A stretch of DNA of 64,000 bases. Origin: Nemertoderma westbladi. Lineage: Eukaryota > Animalia > Xenacoelomorpha. The stretch is taken from NCBI GenBank assembly GCA_032718475.1, contig JAUCBJ010004543.1:69274-133273 (forward strand), given 5' to 3'. The notes beneath the pieces were generated by a model that saw only the letters and a list, made by a program, of their open reading frames with translations, searched no databases and had not been told where the DNA came from. Position numbers and translations under genes: made by a program. Position 1 is the first letter of the stretch; the number at the start of each line of letters is the position of its first letter. This document shows, one piece after another, positions 1 through 14,600 of the stretch.

Positions 1-1
1 T

Positions 2-3000
2 ATGGTGGTAGATAAAAAAGGGACAGAATATACTCTCGATGAAGCTTTAGCAAAGGGTTTTCTTACGGAACCAGTTTATAATAAGTTTAAATATGACGAC
101 AATGCACCAAAGAGTGGAAGGCAGGTTGCACCAGCTGATGAACTTAAAACAGGCATCTTTGATGGTGAAACGTACTACAAATTGAAGGAAGAGCAAGGAT
201 CTGATTACATTGTTCAAGATCCCTTTACTAAAAAAGACTATAATTTAGAGAGTGCTCTCCTGGCAAATGTAATCGACAAGGATACATATGATAAATTAAA
301 GAATTATCAAAAACTGGATTCTGGTACACAGAATCTTGGAGCTATTGAAATTGAACCAAGGGTTACAATTGAGGATCCCTCTACATCACTTCAGTATACA
401 CCCGAGGAAGCTTTGCAATCAGGTTTGATTGATGAGGCAGCATATCACTCTCTTCTAAAAGCATCACTAACAGATAGTGAAATAAAATCAAGGAAAATAC
501 CTTCTCCATCAACAGTTCGAACTAAAGATGGCAAAGAAATATCGTTACTCAAGGCAAGGGACTGTGGAATTATTGATGAATTAACATTTAAACAAATGCA
601 ATTAATGACTACAGCTGAGCAAGAATTTTATGAAGTGGTTTATCCTCATATATTTGCTATCCCAGATACAGCAAGTTTGCAGATGTTAGATTTAGATGAA
701 GCACATGATAAGGGCTTTATTAGTGATGACTACTTTGATATTTTGGACAAGTCTCGATTGGAAAATATGGTGACATTAGAGATACCAACTAAAATTGTTG
801 TTTTAGATGAGAACACTCGCGAGCGTATCGATCTGGATGAAGGTTTGAAAAGACATTTAGTGTCTGATGAAACTTATCGAAAACTCTCTGCACAACAAGA
901 TAACGAATCGAAGGCATTTATCAAACAGATTGTTGATGCAATTTCTGTCATTGATCCTAATACTAGTGAAGAATTGAGTATTGCTGAAGCATTAGCTAAA
1001 GGAATTATTGATGAAGTGATGCTTGAACAATTCAAGGAACTTAAGTGTCGTGTTACTGACACTAAAAGTTTGCAATACGTCAAAATGACAAAACCTCTTT
1101 CTGAAAGAGAGATAGTTTCACCGAAACAATCTATTGACCCAAGAAGTTCCCCACTTGATTACAGTTTTAAAGTTATGAAACTATATCATATTCCAACAAA
1201 CAAAGTAATGCATATGTCGGATGCAATTGCGTTGAATTTCATTTCTCCTGATCAGTATAATGAATGGGCTAAGAGAGTTCGAACAAACAGTGAAATATTT
1301 TCTTCATTAGCAGTTGCTGAAAAAAAAGGAGATAGACTTTTATCACTTGATGAAGCATTGAAAAAAGGTATAATTAATAATGACAAGTGGAAATCATTGA
1401 TGGATGTCGATTTTGATAACAGTCAATTGTCATCTCCATCATTAAAGATTGATGTGGGTGATTCTTTTGTAGATGAAGATACTAATTGGAGTGCAAATTC
1501 CCCACTTGAAAAGTGTACTATATATGACGTAGCTTCAAATTCAGTGGTGCAGTTTGGTGATGCTGTTTCTCAAGGATTAATTTCAGAACTGCAGCATAGA
1601 AAACTTATTCTTCAATATGTTTGTAATACTAATTACTGCAAATTACTTACCATTGATCAAATATCACAAACTGTTATGCCAGCAACTGATGCATTTGAAA
1701 TTGGAATGATAGATAGGGAGAATTATGATCAACTGAAAGATCAACTGTTGGAGGCGTTCTCTCCTATTGTATTGGAGGAAGTAATGATTGTTGATGCAGT
1801 CACTGGGAGTTGTTTTCCAATCAAGGATGCATATAACACTGGTATGATCTCACTCCAACAGTACAAGAAATTGGAAGGATCAGAAGACTCTAATAAATTG
1901 TTTATATTTGATTCTATGACTGGGAATGTTTATGCGCCTCTAGAAGCTGTAGAGAATGGAATTATTTCTGTGGAAGATTATTGTTCATCAAATTCTACTG
2001 GAATTAACCCTGCCTCTATTAGTATACTAGACTCTGTTAGTGGAGATTTGATAACTTTGAAAGATGCACTTAAGGATAACATTGTATCATATTCTGCCTA
2101 CAAAACTACTATTGAAAATGCTGTAGTTGAACCATTATCTATATCAAAGGTTATGGTTGCAAGTACCCAAAATATAATTTCTTGCCTCGAGGCTTTGAAA
2201 CGAGGAATTTTGTCACCCGACATGTTGTGTGATCTTAGGGCATTGGAACCTAGGGCATTTGATTACTGTGACATTAGTGGTTCTAACGTGGTTATGTCAG
2301 AATCCAATAATGTTATGAGTTTGGAAAATGCTTTATCTTTGGCACTAATATCCCAAACAGAATATGATTTGAATCTTTCAGACAACAAAAAATTTGGTAG
2401 GCAAGACTTCACAATGAAATCTGTAATTCCATTGGAAGGTGTAAAGAAAGTCGATGCTGACACCGTTGATGCTGTGGACTCACCACCATCTTTGAAATCT
2501 ATGGAGTTACTTATATATGACCCTCACTCTAATCTAGCCATTTCAATGGATCAAGCATTACAGCAGGATTTAGTAGAAATTGATCAGTATATTCGTGTTT
2601 GTTCTGTACTGTCTACAACCCCGGAATGTGTCACCAAGGTGATGGTTCTCGATGTAAACAATCAATTAATCATTTCGCCAACTGAAGCCCTCCAAAAGGG
2701 AACTATAACCCCAGAAATTTATGACCAGCTTCCATCTGTTGATAGTCGAGCTTTCGCGACAGCCAAGCCATTAGGAATTACAGTGTATGAACCAAGGTCA
2801 GAACAATTTCTTCCCATTGAAGACGCATTGCATAATGGTTTAGTCAGTGATGACGAATTTCAAAATGTACGTGACCGACTCACTAATAAACCATACTTAC
2901 TAACCAAAGGGCTTATACTTGATTCTAAAACGGGTACCCTGGAAACTGTTTTCAAGGCTTTGAATGATGCAGCTATAACACCTGAAACATATGATAAACT

Positions 3001-6000
3001 AAACACATATAAGCCTCAAATATTCAGTCCTGCCAGACCTTGCGGTATCGTTCTGGTGAATCCCATCACTGAGGAATCATTTGCGATAGAAACCGCTTTT
3101 CAGAATCAGCTAATCAGGCCTGCTGATTTTCACTCAATTATGGAGAAATTGGAAAATAATCCTGAGTCTGTTAGAAAGTGTTACATTCTTGATTCGAACT
3201 CTGGAGGAATACACCGCATTGAGGAGGCATTGGATTCTAAATTGATAACACCGGAAATTTTTGATAGTTTAATTAAACAGCATCCAGAACTCAAACAAAT
3301 TATGTGTCCAACTGGTATGTTCTTGTATAACATAAATACAGGCAAAACGATGGAAATTGAAGATGCGCTGTTTGCAAAACTTATTACTGTACAGGAGTTT
3401 GAAAATGTTGTACATAGAGCTAAGCATAACCCAAAGTCGACCCTGAAATTAGTTGTGTTTGACCCTAAGTCACGGCAATTATGCAACATTTTAGAAGCAT
3501 TTGACAAGAAGGTTATAGTCCCAAAACAATATAACGAAATTAAGAGGAACCCATATGCACTGCAAACTTTGAAACCAGTCGGGGTAGATTTATATATTCC
3601 GGAGACATGTCATATTCTCAGTTGTGAAGATGCATGGTGCAAAGCCTTAATTTCTGAGAATACATTAGGAAAGATTATTGAAAACATTGATTCTAGTCCT
3701 GAGTTGTTTTCTTTGATAATGGTGCTAGATAAAGAAAAACAAGTTATTGTTACCCCTCTCCATGCTGTTGACACATCTCTTATCAGTGTAGAAGAGTACA
3801 ACAATTTGATGTGCCAGAGACCAGATTCATTGAAGCCTGTCAAACCATTAGGTATCAAGATTTATGATACAGTTTCGGGAACTGCAGTCCCTGTTGAGCA
3901 GGCCTTACAATCATCACTTCTCTCAGAGGACACATATTTCGACTTACTAAATAAGCTATCCAATGAACCATACTCTGTAATGAAGCTTATGGTGTTACAC
4001 CCCACTAATGGATCTCTCGTTTCCTCACAAAAGGCCCTCGAAGAAAAGTTGATTACACCAGAACTTTATACTCACATATTAAAGGAGTATCCCGCATCCA
4101 TTGTAAGCTATCAACCAATTGGTATTACTGTATATGATGCGAACACTTGGCAGTCATGGTCGTTAGGTGAAGCACTTCAACAAAATCTAATTCCTCACCA
4201 TACTTATGCTAAATTTTTGCATAACCTTTCGAAGAACCCAGAACAGATTACTAAAATGATGATCATTGATGATCGCAAACAATTAATTACCCCAATTGAT
4301 GCTGTTGATGCTGGGAAATTAGATGTTACAATGATAGACAATATTAAGGAACATCAACCAACATCTCTTGAGACAGTGAAACCTCTACCTATTCGGGTGT
4401 ATAATCCAGATTCATGTGTGACATGCAGCATTGAGGAAGCAGTAAGAAATAATATGTTATCTGTTGAACAATACCATAAATTGTTGAAAAAAATAAAAGA
4501 TAATCATGTTGATGTTCCTAAACTTCTAATATATAATGCCGTAACATCGGATTTAATTCACCCCGATAGAGCTCTGCGAAAAAGAATAATTACACCAGAA
4601 GTTTACACACAACTTCTGGAGGAAGATCCTCATGCTTTAGAGTCAGTAAAACCTTGTGGTGTCTTTCTGTATAATCCACAAACTAAACTATCAATGTCCG
4701 CCGAAGAAGCATTACATAATCATTTGATAACTCCATCGGTATATAAATTCCTTCTGCAGGATATTAAACTTCGTCCAGAACACATTACCAATTTGATGGT
4801 GATTGAACACTCTGATTCTCTCCTAAACCCATTCACAGCTAATGATATTGGGTTGATAACACCAGAATCATTTGACGGGCTTAGCAATGTGGCTGAGCGA
4901 CCGCTTGATAGTATTAATCCTATTGGAGTAAATATTTCAATATCTGGGAGTGATCTTATTTCTGCCGAACAAGCGCTGAATGGAGGTATAATTTCACAAG
5001 AACAATTTGATAGATTGAAACAACGGCGTCGAACTAAACCTGAGAGATTGACTCATGTTATGATTCTTGATTCCAAAGGAGAATTTCATAACCCTTTTGA
5101 TGCGGTTAGTTCGAATGTCATTACCCCCATGCAGTTTGATGAATTGAAAGAGTTACAACCAAATTCGATACAATCGATAGCACCTTTGGGTGTAACAGTT
5201 ATGGATCCTAAAACTAAGTTGGAGTTATCTGCTGAGGCTGCACTTAATTCTGGGGTAATTCCACCTGAAGCATTCTACAAACTAAAACGCCAGGTAGCTG
5301 AACAACCAGAGTCAGTGACCCAATTAATGGTAATGGATGCTGAAACTAAGCAACTCATAACTCCAGGTGATGCTGTAGATGAAGCTGTATTATCTCCTGA
5401 CCAATATGATGCTATTAGAGACTCAAGACCTGAAGCAACGCAATTCTTAAAACCATCTGGGATATACATCTTAGATCCACGTACTAACGATATTATTTCA
5501 CTTGAAGAAACACTCAATAGGGGTTTGATTACTCCTGAGAAACATAAAGAAGTGTTGCGGACATTAAAGGATGAACCGGAGGGCCTTACAAAGTTGCTAG
5601 TTTTAGACCCAGATTCGGGTGAGCTTTTTATTCCCCGTGATGCTGTAGACCACCAACTTATTAATGATGATATTTATGAGTCACTGAAGAATCGACACCC
5701 TGGTTACTTCTTGCCTGTTAGACCAACTGGACTCAAAATTCTACATCCACGGAATAATTATCCTATGTCATTAGAGCAAGCTTTAGCAAACGACATAATA
5801 TCTCCAGATAGATATAAAGAGTTTGCTCAACGTGTTCGCGAAGAGCCTGAATGTATGTCTCGGCTTAGCATCATAAGTCCCAAGAATGGCACACTATTGA
5901 CACCAGAAGAGGCCCTAGCTACTGGGGCATTGACACCTGAAATTTACAAATCTTTGTATAATAAGTACCCTGATGATTGCCAAGCTGTGAAGCCACTACG

Positions 6001-8669
6001 GGTTACAATGTTCGATCCCACATCTGGTGACATCATGTCACCTGATAATGCCGTGGAAAAGGGAATTCTTTCCCCTGAAAAGAATCGTGAATTAAATGCT
6101 CGTCTTAGAGATTTTCCGGAATCGGCGACTCAGCTTATGGTATTGGATCCATCTCGGGGGGATGTTGTTACCCCATTTGAGGCTATTGAGAGGGATGTAA
6201 TAAAAACCAGTGCTATTAACAAGATGCAAGCACAAGATCCTGATTCTTTGAAGCCATTAAAAGCATCAGGAATTTCTTTATTGGATGTTCTATCAGGCGA
6301 TGTCATCAGTTTGGAGGATGCTTTGGAACATGGCCGAGTTAGCCCAACTAATTTTAAAGAACTGTTGGAAGCAATGCGAGAGGATCCTAGTTCTGTTACG
6401 AAGTTGATGGTCCTTGATACAACGACCAATGAAATTCAAACACCAGATGAAGCAGCTGCTTCAGGTCTAATATCTAACAAAATGCACACCGATTTATTGA
6501 ATCAACGACCGGATGCGTTTGAACCAGTGCGTCCCAGTGGGATGATGCTGCTTGATCCTCATAGTGGGGATATAATGGCTATGGAGGAAGCCGTCAGTAG
6601 AAAAATCATATCTCCAGAAAAATACAGGAGTCTTCTTAATCAGTTGCTTGAGAGACCAAATGATTTCACAAAGCTGTTAATATTCGATTCCACAACCGGT
6701 GAACTTATTGAACCGGAGGAAGCGAAGGATTGCGAGTTAATTTCCGAACATTTCTTCGAGAATCTTAAGGATTCATACTCAGAGTTGTTTCCTTCAGTGA
6801 AAGAGCCAGAAGTTTTTGTTATTGACCCCAATAATGGCCGCCCATTTTCTCCATCTGAAGGCCTACGCCAGGGATTAATTACTCCATCTCAATATCAATC
6901 TTTCGTTGAACATGTTCAATCTGAACCAACATTGTATACTAAAGGAGTAGTTATTGATCAGACAACTGGAGAACTCATGACTCCTTTAGATGCCACTCAA
7001 AAGGGATACCTGCCACCAGATATATATAACAACATTTGTTTGAATCATTCAATGCTGTGTGAACCATGTTGCCATTCTGATTTGTTGATTATCGATAATC
7101 GTGGAGATTTAATGCCTTTAGCGGAGGCGTATGCTGATGGTATTGTCTCTTGCGATGCATATCAAACATTATTAAAGTCATTGAAAGACACTCCAGAAAA
7201 AGTTCATAGGCTTATGGCCGTGGAAGAGGAGACAGGTTTGTTAGTCACCCCAAGCTATGCTGTGTCTAAGGGTGACCTAAATGCGAAAGTTCTAGAAAGT
7301 ATTTCGAGTGAACGCCCCGAGCTATTAGTACCTGCTATTCCTACCAGTGGATTTTTCGTTATTGATCCTAATACTGAAGAGACTATCCCGATGAAAGACG
7401 CCATCAATTCAGGAATTGTAACAGAAGAAGCATGTCTTGCTTTAGTCAATAAGTCAAAAGTAATCCCTCAATTCGTAGCAAATACAGCTGTAATTGATAA
7501 CGGCCGCTTGATAACTCCAGTTGAAGCTTTTGATCAAGGCATTGTGTCTCCTACTACTCTCCGCACACTATTACTAAAGCAGACTCCTGATGGGCTCACT
7601 TCAATCGCGCCATCTAATATTGATGTTTATGATACTGTAATGGGACGAATGATGACTGTGGAAGAGGCATTGAGAAAAGGGCTCGTATCGCCTGAAGGTT
7701 ATTGCACGTTAATCAAACAACTGGAATCCGGCGACAGTAAATTTGGGAAGTGTATGGTTGTGGATCCTGACTCGGGGACTTTGATGACACCTTCATACGC
7801 GTTGAAACAATGTATCATAACGAAGGAAGAAATGACAATGATTAAACTCGAAAGGTCTGAAACCGAGGAACCAATCGCAGCATCTGATTCATCCGTAGCG
7901 GACCTAAAGTCGACTCCCTATTACGAAGAACAACTCACCAGCAGTCGTCCGTTGCAAATGACCTCGGTTGGTTCAGCCGATACAGATAAAGCCCATTTCG
8001 ACGAGGTTGATAAAGATTCGATTCGACCTACCAAAGATGACCCATCTATTTTTAATCCCAATACGGAAGAGTTTATTTCTCTTTCAGAAGCTCTTAATGT
8101 GGGGCTCATATCTGAGGCCGAGTTCCACAGAGCGAAAAAGGAATACAGCGGAACCCCGGAAATCGAGTTATTCGTTGATAGTGAACGGGGCGTATTGTTA
8201 CCGGTAGGTAGTGGATTGATAATGAGCGAGGTCGGCATATCTTCAGTGCAGCAATTCCCCGTTACACAAGTCCTACAACAGCCATTGCAATTGGCTGTCA
8301 TTACTGATGGAACCGACGTGCCTACAGTAGTGGAAGATGTGTGTGAACCAATTGTCGCAGACAAGAATGTCTTTTTGGATATAATTGCAGCCAAGAGCAA
8401 AGTACCATCTAGTGACGTTTCGGAGATGGTTTCAGAAGATGTGTGTGAACCAATTGTCGCAGACAAGAACGTATTTTTGGATATAATTGCAGCCAAGAGC
8501 AAAGTACCATCTAGTGACGTTTCGGAGATGGTTTCAGAAGATGTGTGTGAACCAATTGTCGCAGACAAGAACGTATTTTTGGATATAATTGCAGCCAAGA
8601 GGAAGATGCAATCACCCGAAGATCCCATGGGAACGAGACAAACTCCAGAGGGAGGGGCATCTAAACCAG
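2..8669 (+). CDS. Giant exon encoding the plectin/plakin-repeat region of the spectraplakin (open at window start)
   Basis: 2889 open codons with dozens of ~44-46 aa units like (I/V)xDPxTGxx(I/L)(S/T)xxEALxxGLI(S/T)xExY. The phase-1 donor CAG|GTTTGT at 8670 joins the acceptor at 8807 in frame. Confidence 0.9.
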
Positions 8670-11600
8670 GTTTGTAAGATATTTTCTAAACTACCAAGAT
8701 AGTAATTGAATTAGTTACATCACGAAGTTGCTTTATTTGGCAAAGTATCTCTGTTGGTCTATTTAGGGTTTTATTTATGACTCGTTCAGTAATTTGTTAT
8801 GTTTTAGATGCAGGATACTTGTTGGATGTTCGTGAATTGGACGTTAAAATGGAATTGATTATAAATCGAATCAAACTGCTTCATCAATGGATAGTGGATA
8901 CCGAGGTGATAATTGGTGAACCACAACAACCAGCCACGTCACCAGAGGCACTTTGTGATCGATTGAGTGTAATCCAGGTTGGTACTCTTATAAAGCTATC
9001 AAATAGAAATCAATTTTAGCAGACTTTATCAGTTTACGGCTATAGAGTGGAAATGGTTTAAATATACATTTTTTAATTTGCTATTTACGTAGAAACTAAT
9101 TTAATTAATGTAATTTTTCAGCGAGTTCATGCTGACATTGCCAAGCGGGAACCATCCGTGAATGAGGTTGACATGGTGGTGGACACGATTCTCGCACAAC
9201 ACGCTGACCAATTATCAACCAAGGAGAGAGATACGCTGCTCACATCTAAGGCGGATCTACTGATCTCCTATAATGGTCTATGTGATTCTGCTAATGTTAC
9301 AATACAAAGATTAAAATCCCTAATCTCTCAGATGGCTATGGACAAAAAAGAAAGGGTTGGTTATGGAAACAAATATAACATTTAACCGTTTAATTACCAA
9401 TATTATGTTGTATTTGTATATTTAATTATAGATTGGCATTATTATTTTTTACAACCAATATTTATTTTGTATCTTAATAATCCAGAATAATGTAACAGGA
9501 TTAATGAGCAACAATTATTAATTGGTTCTATAACAGGAAAGTGTGGCCAATGAACTCTGTCAATATTCTATTAAATTGGACGAATATTTAAGGATGATGA
9601 CTTCAAAAGAGTTTCAACTCGCCAATCAAAAGCCTTTCTCCCACGACATTACAGAAATTGAAGAAAAACTACAAAATAATCAGGTATGTAGCTATGATAC
9701 AGAAACTAGGACCACGTTTAATGATATAATTTATTAATTATTAATATTTGAAACCACCATTCGGTTGGGAATGTAATAAAAATCTCCTCCATTCCTGCAC
9801 TATTATCGGCAATGCGGCACCTATCAACAGAACTGTGTAGCCCAAACTCTCCAAGGGTCTATATGATTTCCCCAAACCCCACCCACACACACCAAAAACC
9901 CTCTACTTCGTGTGTTAGACAAAACTTGTGCTTTGTTAAATTTTATATAAATAGTTAGTTTTGCTTTTCTTTAGATACTAATTTTGTAATAATTTTGTTT
10001 TAATGTTAAATTTCCTTTAATAAATACAATAACTACTATTAAATATATTATGTTACATTGATATTTGAAATGTATTGTATTTAATAATTAATTAAAATAT
10101 TGCAATTTATTAGTTTGTTGAGAACGAATTAGTTATCGAGTGGGGTAAACTAAAGGCCATTCTCGAAGAGGTCCAGCAATTTGTGGACGATAACTCAAAC
10201 AAACTCTCCGAACAAAACATCGATGATGTAGAATACAAACTCGATCGATTAAATAACAAATCCGATTCTGTTAAAGACGAACTTGATAAACGTATCACAT
10301 GTTTGAAGGACACCGTCGCGGTTGTTAATAATTTCAATTCTGCGTATGAAGGTTTGTTTGTGTATTTTTCTAAATGTTTTGGAAACATTTTAGTTTCTTT
10401 CTTATAATTTAATATAAATGATGGTTTCTATTAAAGTGTATTTTTCTCTACTAAATAAAATATCTTTTATATGAGTTTAATTATCATTTTTAGTTTAATT
10501 TTCAATAAAATGGCCATTACCTTTCTTTATATTATATTTACAGGTTTAGACAATCAACTCAAAGTTGCTTTACATCAAGCGATCAACCTATCACGAACCA
10601 GTGACATTGACCAATCACTGCTAAGGACTCTGATAGGTGATTTACCACTATTGGATGAGCAGCTATTAGTTGTCAATGAGGTCGCTTCGAGGTACACTGC
10701 TCTCAATGAGTCCTACGGATGTTGGTTGAACCGGTACCGGGCAGACAAACTCCGGCGACCCAGTCTGATATCCGGTATGCCGGAACGGTTGGACCTCACT
10801 CCTATCCCGGAACAAATCCAGGTGAGGTACACATGTCTTCTAACTCAATATATTGAGTTAGCGGATATGCGTCTTCTAACTCAATATATTGAGTTAGCTG
10901 ACATATTTCTTCTAACTCAATATATTGAGTTAGCGGACATCTATCTATACTAAGTAAAAACACGAGGATTTCATGTCCTCTTTGTATCTTTATATATATT
11001 TTATTAAATAATATATTAAATATAAATAAACAAAAACGTACCATTTTTTTTAATAATATAATTTTACCTATTATTAAAAAAGAAATATTTTTTTTCAATA
11101 TTCTATCGACTCTTAATTAACCTCGATGGCTTTCGGTAAATAAAATACTTCGAGAATAGTGAAAAAAGGTTCCTTTTTACCAAGTAATAGATAATTATTG
11201 CGGGTGCCGTAGAGATGGTTAACGTCGTTTTTTCTGTAGAATTTCATTTTTAGAATTAGTTTTTGTTCAAATATTTTCATATTATCTAACCGACGAAACG
11301 TTTTAGTGAAAATACTGGGAGGAAAAGTCCGGATTGAAAAATTTCCTGTCTCCTATATTTTTATTTATATATTTTTTCATTTTCCCAGGTGTTATCAGAA
11401 CGGTTAAAGAAGATTCTTTCATTGGTTGGCGAGTTATCCTCTCAGTGTGAGTCACATCAGCTGCTGGAAACGCAATTGGTTGATCAATTAAGCGAGGCCC
11501 GTGATTCGCTGTTGAGGATTAGGGATAAGGTCGAAGGCATTGATAGTTCGGAAAGTGATAATCCAAAAACAATAGAGGAATCTCTGGATAAAATCAGTTC

Positions 11601-14600
11601 AATACAGGTATTGGTATTAATAGTGTTCGTCTGCTTGTCCGGCTAACTGTCTGTCTGTCTGTTTATCTTTGTCTGTAAGATCTAGATAGTTAGTTAGTTT
11701 ATTAACATAAAGTTAGATTGTAAATAACTGACAGTAGCCTGATTTTGCGCCTTCTTTTTAAAAGAATTTGTATTTTCATCGAAACCAGTGTGTTTCCGCT
11801 TTTAAACTTTGCAATCTGTTTCCACAGATTGAAATGGTAACCTTTGAAAGAAGTCTTGAATGTCTGGAGTCAACTCGAGACAAACTCAACGACATAGAGA
11901 GTAAAGAAGCAGTTGATTCAATCGGACGACAGTTTGAAGCCATTAAAGTTATTGTCGATGAAAGAATGAAAGAATTAAACTTATTGTTAATAAAGGTTTG
12001 TATTAAATTATTTAATTAATTATTTATTAAATTTATTACAATGCGACAGACAAAATAATAGAAATATACATCCTTTAAATCTTCACTACCTAATTAAAAT
12101 TGACTCTACCGTTTACACCACATGGTCGCATTTCATCACCACATGGTGTTACAGAGTGTTAGAGGAGTTAGTAATATTGGTTTTTATAACACATTGATTA
12201 CGTTTACATATTTATTAATATATAATATTATTATTTAAATAAATTAGAGATGAACTGTTGCAACTGTAATTAATGATGTAATGTAAATGGGTTTATAAAT
12301 AAATATGATTATTAAACATTATTATCAAAGTGACTACTGAAAACGACACATTAGTAAATGATAACATAACGTTAATTGTTTTAGGCTATTAACAACTAGA
12401 CACTGTAAACTATTAGGCTGCCCCTGTGGGTTGTTTTGTAGGCGGACTAAACAAGACAACATTTTTGTATATATTATAAATGTTTGCCAAGTATTTCCCA
12501 TTGTTAAATCATATAGTGAGAATCATTTTAATTACTGTAAATGTTGTATAGGTTTGTTGGATGATTGTGATACATTAATTAATATTATTATAATATCGAG
12601 CGATATATTGTATAGATTCGTTTATAAAGTAAAATATGCGTTTACTTTTTATATGTTTTTTGTTATGAATAATGGTATAAAAAATAAATAACGGTGTTAT
12701 TATTTAATAAATAAATATAAATGGTTTTGTATGCCTCTTGGGAGACGTTCAAAATTGATTACTGGGGCATTTCGACGATTGTGTTGCTTTCGCTCTGCGG
12801 GGGTGGATGCAAGAGCGGACGACCGCGGCGAACATGATCGACTCCGAGATCTTATACCGGATATTATCCCGAACTCCAGAGCAGATGGTTCCCCAACCTC
12901 GGGACACACCACCAAGTTCTATCTCACAAGCTGTGGGACGGGCGTAAGTGGAGGAGCGATCGAAAAATACGCCAAGGAGCAGGTCGGTGTCGACATCAAC
13001 TGCACTGCGTTAGGTAGCGGGGATGACTCATGTAATCGTTCGACGTTCGAACACAACTCATTTCTTATACACTCGACAAATTCGGCTGCTAAGCGGTTGT
13101 TAGACTCGGGGAGTTTGTGGCCTTGCGGGGCGAACCTTCGGCCCTCGTATATGGGACGTGTCTCTATTACTCGCGTTTCCTCTTCTTCCTCTAGGCGAGT
13201 CTTTGTGCCCAGCAAGTCAGCCACGGCAGTGAGTTCCTGTGTGTAATGTTATTAATGTAACTTTATACACATTGTATAATATTCATTTTATAAAGGGTTT
13301 CTTTCTCATTTCATAATGGATACATTTTTTCGATGGATTCCATCTCGTAATTAATGCTGTAACCAAGGCTACAACCAATCGGGTGCGATGGCAACCCTGC
13401 GTCGGTCCACCATCCTGCTCCATACTATTAATTTTCGTTCGGTACAGCTTTGGCCAAGTTCATTAGGATTGAGCTGCAGGAATTGCCAGTTTGTTGGAGG
13501 TCATGAGGACGTAAACTCCAGACACATCAGGGAATTCTTCCAGCTCCAGGTATACATTTTATCTGTGCCGCTAGCGGAAAGGTTAGAGCGTCAGACTTCC
13601 AACCCGGAGGTCACCAGTTCGATCCCACCCGGACGTAATTGCCGACTTTGCAAAGCTGTGCCCGACGCAAATCATAATAATATAAAGCTTCTCATTCACC
13701 CAAAATACCAATAATAATCCAACTTCATTGCCCAAACAATGAATGACATGCCGATTCTCGTTATCAATACTTTATTGGGATAATTTTATTTTGAGAATAT
13801 AAAATTTTTAACTTTATTGGATTACAGTTCGAGGTGTTTTAAAATCCGAGTGTATGTGAGGATTCTAATAGATACGAGAAATCCAATCTTAGTAAGTGCT
13901 AGTAGATTATAACTTGGGGTTTGTAATTTGATACGAAAATATAATTTAAAAATTATTTGTTGAATATAATGTGTTTAGTATAATATATTATGTAGTAAAT
14001 CTAAAGTGATATACTGATAATATAATAATGAAAATGAAAGTAATTTGTGGGCGACCTGTATCGGGTTTACCGGTAACAGGCCTCAGGCCTATCTCGTATG
14101 CTGCGTCCTATGGACATCCGCCATATAAAGTAATATATTATGTGCATCCAATCCTTCTATACCTACGGAGTTACATAGTATTTCAATCTCGAATAAATAT
14201 TAAATATTATTTTAATCAAATTATAATTGTTTTGTTCTCACACTACCGGTAGGCTTTATTAATTGTGCACATTATAATAAAATGATGTAAATTTAATATG
14301 TATATTCTCCATTTCAGTTTCAGGGAAATGCTGAGGCAGTAGCAGGTCTACTGCAGTGGGCCAATCAGTGCCAAGTGAAGCTTGAATCTCTAGAGCCAAT
14401 CGCGGCCGACCCCAACAAACTGACCAATCAGGATGCGGAATACCAGTACCTCAAAGCCGAAGTTGTCAGTCGGGAACCCCGGGTGGAGAACCTCCTGGAG
14501 TCGACCACCGAGACCGCGGTTGGTAGAGGCGACGAGTTGGAACAGCTGGGACAGGTCTACTGGCGAATCAAAGGGAGATGCCAAGAATACGAGAACTCGA

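Noticed and set aside
874-8628. Minus-strand ORFs overlapping the large exons (also 14390-17073 and 33988-35397)
   Set aside because: They are antisense shadows of real coding frames.
2-8677. Stand-alone 2891-aa gene
   Set aside because: An in-phase donor at 8670 precedes the stop and links to the spectrin exons, and the frame is open at the window start.
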